This document shows, piece after piece, positions 10,330-18,968 of a stretch of 64,000 bases of DNA (position 1 is the first letter of the stretch; each line of letters opens with the position of its first letter). The stretch comes from a virus. Location: IMG/VR virus record IMGVR_UViG_3300029922_000004. One strand, written 5' to 3'. The position numbers and the translations under genes are program-made. Below the pieces are notes generated by a model. That model did not search any database, was not told the origin of the DNA, and saw nothing but the letters and a program-made list of their open reading frames with translations.

Positions 10330-11153
10330 ACTCGGTTTAAAACTTCGTGAGCTTTTTTATATTTACGGTCAAGATAGATATTTGCTTGACCATAAAGAAG
10401 CCGGAGAACATCTTTCACTTCGGATTGTGTCCCTATGTTAATAGTTCGATAAGTTTTATAATCGGAGATATAACTTCTATTGTTTTTAATTATATTATTA
10501 TCTTGGAAGTACTTTTCTATTTGGTTTAATATCTCTATAGAACTGCTTGTTATTGAAAAATTGGCGCATTGATATTTGTCTTTTCTAACATAAATGCATC
10601 CGTCGCCATCAGAATACCCTCTGATTATATGAGGCCATAGTTTTTTGTCAATAGTTTCTGGGATTCTAACTCTAAATGTTTTATTATTAACCATTCCATA
10701 TTTTCCAAGAGATTCTACCATATACTTTGAAGCGATACTTAATTCATAACAAGTTTTTCTTTTATCCGAATATATTGTTTTTATTGGGACGCTACTTTCA
10801 AGCGCAAGTTTTAATTTTTGTATAGCATCAAGGTCTATCAAGCGTAATTGAACGGACCAACTGGTTTTTTTGGCTGAAATATATCCGTCAGCCAACAAAA
10901 ATCCAAACCAATATGCCTTTTCTTCAGTATTAATAATATCGAAATACTTTTCGTTTGTCTGGTATTTCCTTGCTCTATCTCTCATATCATAAGACCAATG
11001 AAATCCAGCTTTTCGGAGAAGGACATTGAGATAACTGGTAGATATGTAATATTTAGTTTTTAAATCTTTTTTTCTCATGTGATTTTTATAGTCAATAATT
11101 AATTGATTTTTCTGGTCCAGTGTTAGAACTACCCTGCGTGTTTTAAATTTCAT
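10326..11153 (-). CDS. Free-standing LAGLIDADG homing endonuclease
   Basis: Two LAGLIDADG-like helices (WFGFLLADGYI, IIRGYSDGDGCI), N-terminal HTH-like segment, AT-rich; stop overlaps the convergent gene stop at 10326-10329. Confidence 0.85.
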   Translation of the reverse strand: MKFKTRRVVLTLDQKNQLIIDYKNHMRKKDLKTKYYISTSYLNVLLRKAGFHWSYDMRDRARKYQTNEKYFDIINTEEKAYWFGFLLADGYISAKKTSWSVQLRLIDLDAIQKLKLALESSVPIKTIYSDKRKTCYELSIASKYMVESLGKYGMVNNKTFRVRIPETIDKKLWPHIIRGYSDGDGCIYVRKDKYQCANFSITSSSIEILNQIEKYFQDNNIIKNNRSYISDYKTYRTINIGTQSEVKDVLRLLYGQANIYLDRKYKKAHEVLNRV

Positions 11154-11160
11154 AATATAT

Positions 11161-11167
11161 ATTACAT
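11161..11167 (-). promoter_or_regulatory. Variant late motif ATGTAAT on the minus strand
   Basis: Reverse complement reads ATGTAAT-ATATATT-ATG, 7 nt before the LAGLIDADG start at 11153. Confidence 0.45.
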
Positions 11168-11214
11168 CAGAAACAATAAATAGTATAAAGTATTTTGATT
11201 TATTTTTGTTTTTT

Positions 11215-11221
11215 GTGTAAT
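11215..11221 (+). promoter_or_regulatory. Putative late promoter motif GTGTAAT
   Basis: 7 nt before the GTG start at 11229. Confidence 0.7.
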
Positions 11222-11228
11222 TAAGGGC

Positions 11229-12779
11229 GTGATTAAGCCTAATTTTACCAGTATTTTTGCATCTTTGCCTGTGCGTTGCGTTATAGGAGATGAGAAAGAC
11301 AAATATTTATCATTGGCTTCATTGGCGAGTTTGAAGCCTTTTATTCCTTATGTTGACCCGAAAAACGTAGACCTACTTCCCATTGCCTTTGATAGTTGTA
11401 TAATCAACGTCTCAAATCTCAACGGGGATATTATTGATACAGAAACGGCTCTTTCTATCTATAAAACTTTCGAAAAGAAACAATGCAATACCGAGCATAA
11501 TCGCCATCATGTTGTAGGAGTTATTCTTACTGCTTCATTAAGTGAATATGGAACTAATAGATTACTCACTGAAGATGATGTGAGAGGAAAAGATATACCT
11601 TTTTATATTACTTTGGGCGGAGTTTTATGGAGAACAGTTAATGAAGAGCTATGCGATTTGATAGAAGACTCTAATATTCCTAGTTCAGAAAACTATTTAA
11701 ATTTTTCAGCGAGCTGGGAGTTGTACTTCAGTTCCTTCCTAATAATAGAGATGGAGCAAGGCAAAAAAAATCTGTCAGATGGAACTATCATTTCTAATCC
11801 TGAACAGATAGAGTCTCTGAAAAAATATCTCAAGTGCTTCGGCGGTTCTGGCGTTAAGGACGGTAAATGTTACTATCGTATGCCTAATGAAAATGTCATT
11901 GCCGCAGGTATCGGTCTCACAGAAAAACCCGCCGCAGATGTCAAGGGAATCGCGGTAAACATTGATGAACCAGAAAAGGTAATTACACCCGCTACTGCCC
12001 CTGCGGTGGCCTCTGCTGAAATTATTGCAGAAAATGTAGAAATTATTTCACAACCCCAAATTTTATGTGTAAAGAAAGAGGAATACATTATGAAACTCAA
12101 TTCAATCACCGATATCACGGACGAAAATTTGAAACAGTGCAATGCGTCTGTTATCACAGATTTTATTAAGTCAGAGTTGACTAAGGCTAGTGAAGGTTTC
12201 GTTTTGGAAAAACAGCAACAAGCTGAGGCTAACGAAAAATTGAAGGCGTCTATCGGACCCTTGACAAAGACCGTTGAAGAAATGCAAGCGACTATCGCTG
12301 ACTTCAAAAAGGCACAAGAAGCCCGCGCCGCTCTGGATACTTTTAACGCCCGTATGAGTGAGGTCCACGCCTCCTATACTTTGCCTGATGAAGTTGCGAA
12401 GTTTGTGGCTGATGATTTGAAGGCGTGTGCGACTGAAGAAGCGTTTGCTTCATGGAAAGCCAAAGCCGCAATTCTTTTGAAGCCTTATAGCAAGGCGAGC
12501 GACATGGGCGACGACGAGGCACAAGCCAAGAAAAAGGCCGCTGACAAAGAAAAAGCGGATAAAGACGCCGCCGATAAGAAAGCTGCCGACGACAAGGCCG
12601 CGACCGATGCAAAAGCCAAGGAAGCAATCGCATCAGTGGTAGAAGATGCAATTGACAATGCAAAGAAAGAAGCGGGCGGTCTTCCCAATAGTTCAGCCTC
12701 GGCTGCTAAAGGATTGAAAGAAAAGTATGCAACCGCGTTTGCAATGACAGTTGACGGAAGAGATGTAAAAGTCGACTAA
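11229..12779 (+). CDS. Prohead protease fused to C-terminal scaffolding domain
   Basis: Between portal region and capsid genes; protease-like NLNGDII, EHNR (His) and SASWE (Ser) motifs; C-terminal charged coiled coil with AADK repeats. Confidence 0.75.
   Translation: MIKPNFTSIFASLPVRCVIGDEKDKYLSLASLASLKPFIPYVDPKNVDLLPIAFDSCIINVSNLNGDIIDTETALSIYKTFEKKQCNTEHNRHHVVGVILTASLSEYGTNRLLTEDDVRGKDIPFYITLGGVLWRTVNEELCDLIEDSNIPSSENYLNFSASWELYFSSFLIIEMEQGKKNLSDGTIISNPEQIESLKKYLKCFGGSGVKDGKCYYRMPNENVIAAGIGLTEKPAADVKGIAVNIDEPEKVITPATAPAVASAEIIAENVEIISQPQILCVKKEEYIMKLNSITDITDENLKQCNASVITDFIKSELTKASEGFVLEKQQQAEANEKLKASIGPLTKTVEEMQATIADFKKAQEARAALDTFNARMSEVHASYTLPDEVAKFVADDLKACATEEAFASWKAKAAILLKPYSKASDMGDDEAQAKKKAADKEKADKDAADKKAADDKAATDAKAKEAIASVVEDAIDNAKKEAGGLPNSSASAAKGLKEKYATAFAMTVDGRDVKVD
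12090..12779 (+). CDS. Putative nested in-frame scaffolding protein (internal start)
   Basis: In-frame ATG (Met288) preceded by AGAGGA and by GTGTAAA at 12067-12073, at the protease/coiled-coil boundary. Confidence 0.5.
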   Translation: MKLNSITDITDENLKQCNASVITDFIKSELTKASEGFVLEKQQQAEANEKLKASIGPLTKTVEEMQATIADFKKAQEARAALDTFNARMSEVHASYTLPDEVAKFVADDLKACATEEAFASWKAKAAILLKPYSKASDMGDDEAQAKKKAADKEKADKDAADKKAADDKAATDAKAKEAIASVVEDAIDNAKKEAGGLPNSSASAAKGLKEKYATAFAMTVDGRDVKVD

Positions 12780-12819
12780 AACAATTTTATTACAAAATAA
12801 TAAAGGAAAAAAATAAATT

Positions 12820-13440
12820 ATGGCAACATTCACAAATACCCCCAACGTCACCCTTCGTGGTTTGAGAGACTACGACGAGAAGGCCGTCATCAACATGTAT
12901 ACCTTTTCGGGGCAGTCAGGCACTACGCAAATCGTCCCCAAGGGAACCCTTGTGGCCATCGCGCCGCTTGTTGGTAGCTCTGGCTGGAGAAACGATGCTG
13001 ATGCGACCTACATCATGGGTTCATACGGCGACTTCTCGGTCAACAACGTTCAGGCTTTGCGTTATGGAACGCCCGCCACTACTACGTGGTATGGAACCGG
13101 CACTGGCCCTTCATTCAGCGGAGAATATCCGTTGGGCATTACCTTGTTCGATGTCCGTGAATTGGACGAAAACACCATTCCGCTTAAATACAACCCGCGC
13201 AAAGCTGCCGAGTTGGAAGCGTGTATTTCCGGTCAAACGGTTCCTATCGTTACTCGCGGTATGTTCCTTTACAGCGGTATTACTGGAACGGTTACGGCTG
13301 GTGCGCCGATTTACGGTGGACCTAACGGAACTATTGCGGCTTACACAGGTGGCGCAAGCGGCGGCAGTTTCCAAATCGGTTACGCCCTCGGTAACACTGG
13401 TGTCGATGGTTCGGCTCTAATCAAACTGAACATCAGCTAA
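12820..13440 (+). CDS. Head decoration/cement protein
   Basis: 206 aa directly upstream of the capsid gene; beta-tulip-like pattern LGITLFDVRE...GQTVPIVTRG...IGYALG; GC-richer, high-expression-type codons. Confidence 0.7.
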   Translation: MATFTNTPNVTLRGLRDYDEKAVINMYTFSGQSGTTQIVPKGTLVAIAPLVGSSGWRNDADATYIMGSYGDFSVNNVQALRYGTPATTTWYGTGTGPSFSGEYPLGITLFDVRELDENTIPLKYNPRKAAELEACISGQTVPIVTRGMFLYSGITGTVTAGAPIYGGPNGTIAAYTGGASGGSFQIGYALGNTGVDGSALIKLNIS

Positions 13441-13476
13441 TCTTATCTATAACACATAAGGAAAAAATAAAATACT

Positions 13477-14652
13477 ATGCAAATTCAACTAAAAAACACC
13501 CCCGAACAGTGCGAGCTTATCAAGGCGATGGGTTCTAAGAATCCCGCCGTGGCTCGTGAAGCTACCGAGGCGATTGCCGCGTTTCTCGCGCCCGTCATCA
13601 AGAAGGTCCTTATGACCGCCGGAACTGCGTCCACGATTTATCGTGACATCGAGTTCGACGAAGATAGTGACCCGTCCATTCCGTTGGATTTGTTCTACAA
13701 TGAAGGTGCTGGTTACGTGTCGGTTTGGTCGCAGAGCCAAGCTGGTGGTATGCCTACCTCACAGGTTGCTGGTATGGCCGAAATCAAATTCGGAACTTAC
13801 CGTTTGGATTCCGCCGTTTCCTTCAACAAGAAGTACGCCCGCAAAAACCGTTTGGATGTCGTTAGCAAGGCTATCGAACGTATGGTCAATGAAGTTTTGA
13901 CCAAACAGGAACGTAATGCTTGGGCTGTTATCTTGAAAGCCCTCGCTGAAGCCTATACGCCGGTTTACGCTGGTGGTCAGGCTGTTCAGACTACTTATGG
14001 TCACACAGTTGCTGGCGTGAGCGCGGGAACGTTCTTGCTCCAAGACCTGAACAACCTTATCGTTCGTATCAAACGTATGAACGAATCATACAGCGGTAAC
14101 ACTCCGATTCAGCCTTATTCGCACGGGATTACCGACCTTTATGTGTCGCCCGAAGTTAAGTCTTACATCCGTGCGTTTGCTTACAATCCTATCAACACGG
14201 CATCATCTGACTCGACTGCTATCAGCGGTCCTCGTGGCCAGTTCTTGTCCGATAATCTTCGTGATGAAATTTGGAAGAGCGCCGGTATGCAGAGCATCTA
14301 CGGTGTGAATATCGTGGAACTTATCGAATTCGGTAATAACCAGAAGTATAACGGCTTGTTCCAAGCGTTCGCCGGTTCCGGTAACAGCGCGTCACAGGTT
14401 CAGGGACAAAACAGCGGTCCTACTTGGACTAGCACGGCAACTCAGCAAATTGCAGTTGGTATCGACAATACGCGCGGTGCGTTTGTTCGTCCAGTGGCAA
14501 TTCAAGCGGAGTCGGGTGGCACGTTCTCAGTGTTGCCGGATTCGAGCTTCGAGATGTATGGTCCTAGAGTGCAGAAGATTGGGTTTTTTGGTTTTCTCGA
14601 AGAATCCAGAGCATGCCTTGATGCGCGCTCGTGCGTGGGATTGGTTCTGTGA
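13477..14652 (+). CDS. Major capsid protein (HK97 fold)
   Basis: 391 aa after protease/scaffold and decoration genes; A-rich leader with AAGGA; ends KIGFFGFLEESRACLDAR; followed by a strong terminator. Confidence 0.85.
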   Translation: MQIQLKNTPEQCELIKAMGSKNPAVAREATEAIAAFLAPVIKKVLMTAGTASTIYRDIEFDEDSDPSIPLDLFYNEGAGYVSVWSQSQAGGMPTSQVAGMAEIKFGTYRLDSAVSFNKKYARKNRLDVVSKAIERMVNEVLTKQERNAWAVILKALAEAYTPVYAGGQAVQTTYGHTVAGVSAGTFLLQDLNNLIVRIKRMNESYSGNTPIQPYSHGITDLYVSPEVKSYIRAFAYNPINTASSDSTAISGPRGQFLSDNLRDEIWKSAGMQSIYGVNIVELIEFGNNQKYNGLFQAFAGSGNSASQVQGQNSGPTWTSTATQQIAVGIDNTRGAFVRPVAIQAESGGTFSVLPDSSFEMYGPRVQKIGFFGFLEESRACLDARSCVGLVL

Positions 14653-14664
14653 TTTAATAATCTC

Positions 14665-14694
14665 AAAGCGAAGAAGAAATTCTTCGCTTTTTTT
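14665..14694 (+). terminator. Rho-independent terminator after the capsid gene
   Basis: Perfect 11-bp stem AAAGCGAAGAA-GAAA-TTCTTCGCTTT followed by TTTT. Confidence 0.85.
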
Positions 14695-14695
14695 C

Positions 14696-14724
14696 TTGAC
14701 AAAGATGGAAGAGTAGTATAAGAT
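14696..14724 (+). promoter_or_regulatory. Sigma70-type promoter of the LAGLIDADG gene
   Basis: TTGACA-17 nt-TAAGAT; ATG 14731 follows 6 nt later. Confidence 0.7.
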
Positions 14725-14730
14725 ACTGAT

Positions 14731-15600
14731 ATGAGTGATTATATATTGTGGTCAGCGTTAGAAATTAATATACTAACAAAACATGCTGGTCAAATGAGTT
14801 TTAGGGAAATGACTAAATTCTTCAATGGACGAACCGCGTCGAGTTTACAGAAAAAAGCTCTCAAGCTTGGTCTAACGAGCAAATGGAAGGCCACTAAAAA
14901 TACAGTCAATAAACATTTTTTTGATTTGCCTAATCTATTAAACTCATATTATATGGGTCACTTCGCGGCTGATGGGTATCTTAAATTTAGAGGGGGCAGC
15001 ACAGTATATGCTCTACAAATGAATACAAAGGACATAGAAATTATAAATAATTTTAAAAGAGATTGCGAATTTAGTGGCCCAGTGAGGTCTTATCAAAGAA
15101 AAAATTACAAAAAAGAAACCATGAAAGATGTTTCTTATATGTATATCTCAAACGTAACTGAATGGAGGGAGCCTCTTAAAAATAATTTTGGTATTATCCC
15201 CAATAAAACTTTAAGAATGTCTCCACCACCCCTAATGGATGAAAAATTTAAACACGCATATTTGATTGGTTATCTTGATGGAGACGGTTCTATTTTATTC
15301 GATAAAAAACTAGACAGAATTATTATAAAATATTACAGCAGCAACCTTAATATTATGAAATGGATTCATCAAGAGCTTACGTCTATTTTAACAAAATTAA
15401 ATTATAATTCTAGATTTACAATCACTAAAATTGAAAACTGTTATAGCCTTTGCCTTTTCGGTCGACTGGGAGCGGTAGTATTTAATTATCTAAAAGATAT
15501 TGATGTTCCTAAATTAAAACGTAAATGGTATAATCCAGATACTTTAGAATGTCTTGGAAGATACAAAGTGAAATACCCCGATTTGTTCAATAAAACCTAG
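14731..15600 (+). CDS. Free-standing LAGLIDADG homing endonuclease
   Basis: Motifs YMGHFAADGYL and LIGYLDGDGSI; N-terminal WSALEINIL...GRTASSLQKKA Myb/HTH-like segment; AT-rich. Confidence 0.85.
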   Translation: MSDYILWSALEINILTKHAGQMSFREMTKFFNGRTASSLQKKALKLGLTSKWKATKNTVNKHFFDLPNLLNSYYMGHFAADGYLKFRGGSTVYALQMNTKDIEIINNFKRDCEFSGPVRSYQRKNYKKETMKDVSYMYISNVTEWREPLKNNFGIIPNKTLRMSPPPLMDEKFKHAYLIGYLDGDGSILFDKKLDRIIIKYYSSNLNIMKWIHQELTSILTKLNYNSRFTITKIENCYSLCLFGRLGAVVFNYLKDIDVPKLKRKWYNPDTLECLGRYKVKYPDLFNKT

Positions 15601-15659
15601 GTTTTTTAGATATTGTTTAAAAACTTATATTTAATTTCCCTTTTTCCACTATAATACAT

Positions 15660-16019
15660 ATGCCTAAAACATCCAAAAAGAAACCCGCCCTAAAAGACCT
15701 CGCGCAAGCCAACGCCAAAGTCCCCACGATGGAACTCACGTCCCTCGACCAGATTTGGGGGTTCAGCGAAATCTCGCGGTATGGCACGACCGACGAGGGG
15801 GAATACAAACTGAAAATTTTCGACATGACCCGCGCCGACCTCGAAAATCACGCCCGCGCCGTCGGGTGCTTGGTTTTGGAAAGTTCGGAGAGGTTGCGTA
15901 ATGAACTTCTAAAACAATTCCGCGCCTACATCCTTTCTTTGAGGAAGCCCGCGAGTCTTCCGCAGGGAAAAATCAAAGTGTCCGACGCCGCTCAAAAGGT
16001 TCTAAACGAGGGGCGTTAA
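15660..16019 (+). CDS. Hypothetical protein (head module; Rho-N/HeH-like helix pair)
   Basis: 119 aa with phage-core codon usage; MTRADLENHARAVG resembles HeH/Rho N-terminal helices. Confidence 0.5.
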   Translation: MPKTSKKKPALKDLAQANAKVPTMELTSLDQIWGFSEISRYGTTDEGEYKLKIFDMTRADLENHARAVGCLVLESSERLRNELLKQFRAYILSLRKPASLPQGKIKVSDAAQKVLNEGR

Positions 16020-16067
16020 TCCCCCGCCGATTAAGTGCTTTTGGATGGTCAGGGGAATCCGATTCTT

Positions 16068-16074
16068 GTGTAAT
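16068..16074 (+). promoter_or_regulatory. Putative late promoter motif GTGTAAT
   Basis: 9 nt before ATG 16084, which supports 16084 rather than 16045 as the start. Confidence 0.7.
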
Positions 16075-16083
16075 AGGATAGAC

Positions 16084-18681
16084 ATGAAGAATTTTTTAAT
16101 ATCGTTGCTTTTAATGGTGAGTTGTTTTACTGGTCTGGCGGGAACTTGGACCTCTTATCCGACGGTGACGAATTTGACTGGGCCGGAAACTTTTTTAACT
16201 ACTACCCCGAATCCCACTAATAATCAGCAGATTTCGTATGCGAATTTGGCTTCTGAGATACAGGCTGGAGGTTCAGCCACGGCGACGGCGGCGTCTTTCC
16301 TGTCTTCATCGAACCTCACGGTTGCAGCGACGAATCAGGCGGTTCTCACAGCCAACATCTACGCAATGCTGATTTCAAACGTGCTGAACTCTAAGATTGA
16401 TTTGAACAGCGGGAACGAAACGAATTTCACCTTGAGCACAAGCAATTCAATCACGGTGGCGGGCAATGCAGCGTTGGCAAATGTCATCACGAATCAAACT
16501 CCTAACACGTTTGTCCAGACGGCGACGAATGCCTTCAACGCGGCCACGGCGACGAATGTTATCAACAACGGCAGCACGCCATCTCTGTTTGTGGCGACCG
16601 TTGCCAATGGCGGCAATGATTCAAACATTGGTTCGCAGTCGTCTCCCTTTGCAACCGTTAACCATGCTGTGTCTGTGCTGTCTGGCCTCGGCGGCTCTGG
16701 AAGCATCTATATCGGTGGCGGGAATTACACGAATCAAATCATCAATGGGTCCTTGCTGAAAAATTTTCACATCAATGCGCAGGGAAATGCTCCGGTAAAA
16801 ATCATTGAGGGCGACCCTCTGAGCACTTGGACGCTGGTGAGCGGAAATGTTTATTCATGTCCGGTTAGCGGTCAGACATCGAACGATGTTGTGACACTGA
16901 TTGGACGTGGCGACCCGACTGCGGCCAACATGGGTATGCTGTTCGAGCAGGGCACTCCGCAGGGTTTCATTGACAATAATCAGATTGTGCCGATGCAGAT
17001 TCAACCCTCTGCCAACGCGCAGAACGGATGGATTACGAACCGCAATGACAACTATGCACTCTTGTATAACACGAATCTCGTGAACCTGACAGCCAATGGC
17101 GAATGGGCTTACACCAACAGCGGAGTTGGCAATGGCGGCACGGTATATGTCGTGTTTTCGGACGGTGGTGTCCCGAACAGTCGCACCGTCTATGTCATCT
17201 CAACGAACAATTTCATCTACAACTGCACTGGTTCAAATGAAGTTCAGGTGACTGGCATTGAGGTGGATTTTGGAAATAATGATTTTGATGTTTCATCCGC
17301 CGCAAAAGCGGAGTTCAACGGCTGCAAGGCCAGTGGTGGCTATGAAGGCATCCGCGCCAATCAGACAGGGGTTTTGAACATCAACGATTCGGAGATGCAG
17401 CAGTGCTACGATTGCGCCGTGGTGACAGAATACGGAACCGTTTTCAACGGAGCAGGAATGTATGCACACGACTCGGCCCGTGAAGGTTTTGCGCAGCATT
17501 ACAAGGTCGTGGCCAAAATCACGGACAGCGTCGGGGCATTCTGCGGCATTAATGGATTTGTGGATTTCGGGTCGAGCGGGACATATAACAACATCACGAC
17601 GATTTCCAACGGGACAGGCTATTCCATTTCAGCAGCGGCGCAGGGTCTTGGTGGTTACAAGGCAACAATTTCGAACTCCAAATTTTTGGGAGACCGCGTG
17701 GCGTCCGTCGCAACGAGTGGGACTAATACATCTGTGATTGTCAAAACCAGCAACCTCATGCCTAATCATGGCACTTTCTACTGGTATTATTACGCATACG
17801 GTGTCACAAATTACGCCGAGTTCGACAATTGCATCGGCTCTGGTCTGTGCAGCTATTATCTGGTTGACCCATCTGACAGCATCGTTTTCAATGCACTCAC
17901 CAACTCCTATGCTCTTGTTTCTCGGACGAACGCCACGTTGATTTACGGGACGGGTTCGCCAACTTATGTTGGCTACGCCGACCAAAACGGAAGCTCACCC
18001 ATCATCGGCCCGCTCACAATGTCAGGAGCGCAGGATTTTTCCACAAACTTTGTCATTGCCTCTACGGCCTCGACGATTGCCTCAAACGGCGGGAACGTCT
18101 ACGCCAACAATCTGGTTGCATCGAGCATAGGTGTTGCGGCAGGGTCAACCTTCGACTACCTCAATACATACATCGGCGACACGTCAATTTCGCAATCGTC
18201 CTCGTCCACATTGCAGGATAATTTCATTGGTGGATTTAACACAGGCACATTGGGAGGAGCGACAATTCCGAGCATGGTTGGGGATTTTATTTGGGCGGGA
18301 CACAACTACGCGACTGTCACAAACTCGCACAGTTGGGTCATGTCTGATGGGACGACATCAATTAATTCACTGTCAAACAATTACGCCCACTTCTACTACC
18401 AAAACGGTTATTTCCTTGACGGCGGGGCAATCACAGGTAACGGCGGCGGGTTGACGAACTTATCCACTCATGGCTTTGTCTATCTATCACATGGCAGTAA
18501 TCAAGTATCAACAGCAGCATTTGATACAAATAATCTTCCTATTTTAACATACGTCAGCACCAATGGGGTTTCAGCGCAGATTTTCTTAAATCCTTCAAAC
18601 TGGACGCAAAATGTATCATTTACAGTGTATAGCAGCAGCAGCACCGATACAAACCCATTTGCATGGCATATCATTCGATGA
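16084..18681 (+). CDS. Signal-peptide-bearing parallel beta-helix (pectin lyase-like) fibre/depolymerase-like protein
   Basis: Starts MKNFLISLLLMVSCFTGLA (Sec-type signal); VATVANGGNDSNIGSQSSPFATVNHAV is a typical beta-helix entry motif; GGAITGNGGGLTNL fibre motif near the C-terminus; GC-rich relative to flanks. Confidence 0.65.
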   Translation: MKNFLISLLLMVSCFTGLAGTWTSYPTVTNLTGPETFLTTTPNPTNNQQISYANLASEIQAGGSATATAASFLSSSNLTVAATNQAVLTANIYAMLISNVLNSKIDLNSGNETNFTLSTSNSITVAGNAALANVITNQTPNTFVQTATNAFNAATATNVINNGSTPSLFVATVANGGNDSNIGSQSSPFATVNHAVSVLSGLGGSGSIYIGGGNYTNQIINGSLLKNFHINAQGNAPVKIIEGDPLSTWTLVSGNVYSCPVSGQTSNDVVTLIGRGDPTAANMGMLFEQGTPQGFIDNNQIVPMQIQPSANAQNGWITNRNDNYALLYNTNLVNLTANGEWAYTNSGVGNGGTVYVVFSDGGVPNSRTVYVISTNNFIYNCTGSNEVQVTGIEVDFGNNDFDVSSAAKAEFNGCKASGGYEGIRANQTGVLNINDSEMQQCYDCAVVTEYGTVFNGAGMYAHDSAREGFAQHYKVVAKITDSVGAFCGINGFVDFGSSGTYNNITTISNGTGYSISAAAQGLGGYKATISNSKFLGDRVASVATSGTNTSVIVKTSNLMPNHGTFYWYYYAYGVTNYAEFDNCIGSGLCSYYLVDPSDSIVFNALTNSYALVSRTNATLIYGTGSPTYVGYADQNGSSPIIGPLTMSGAQDFSTNFVIASTASTIASNGGNVYANNLVASSIGVAAGSTFDYLNTYIGDTSISQSSSSTLQDNFIGGFNTGTLGGATIPSMVGDFIWAGHNYATVTNSHSWVMSDGTTSINSLSNNYAHFYYQNGYFLDGGAITGNGGGLTNLSTHGFVYLSHGSNQVSTAAFDTNNLPILTYVSTNGVSAQIFLNPSNWTQNVSFTVYSSSSTDTNPFAWHIIR

Positions 18682-18890
18682 AAAACCTAATCTTTGTCGG
18701 ACTACTTTGCTGTTTGTTTCTGATTGGAATATCTGTTCATGCAGGTTTTCAATCTGATAGTGCATCGTTTGGAACGGCCACAGCCTCTACTTCGTTTGAT
18801 ACAACTGGTAATAGTAAAGGCAGTAATGCTTTTACAGGCGCACACTGGCTGATTGTTACAGCAGTAGAACCTATTGTTGCTTCATGCTAA
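18678..18890 (+). CDS. Small signal-peptide ORF, possibly a truncated remnant
   Basis: ATGA overlap with the upstream stop; MKNLIFVGLLCCLFLIGISVHA signal-like start, then only about 48 aa. Confidence 0.4.
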   Translation: MKNLIFVGLLCCLFLIGISVHAGFQSDSASFGTATASTSFDTTGNSKGSNAFTGAHWLIVTAVEPIVASC

Positions 18891-18953
18891 TGAATATTTA
18901 ATAGGCACGGGTATGACTGGGAAAATTGTGCAATAATAATATGCCGCTGTAAT

Positions 18954-18960
18954 GTGTAAT
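18954..18960 (+). promoter_or_regulatory. Putative late promoter motif GTGTAAT
   Basis: 8 nt before ATG 18969. Confidence 0.7.
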
Positions 18961-18968
18961 TACCTTAT

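Noticed and set aside
15650-15655. TATAAT before gene 15660 (and TGnTACAAT before 26733) as promoters
   Set aside because: Both lie only 4 nt from the ATG and lack a -35 box; too weak to call in AT-rich sequence.
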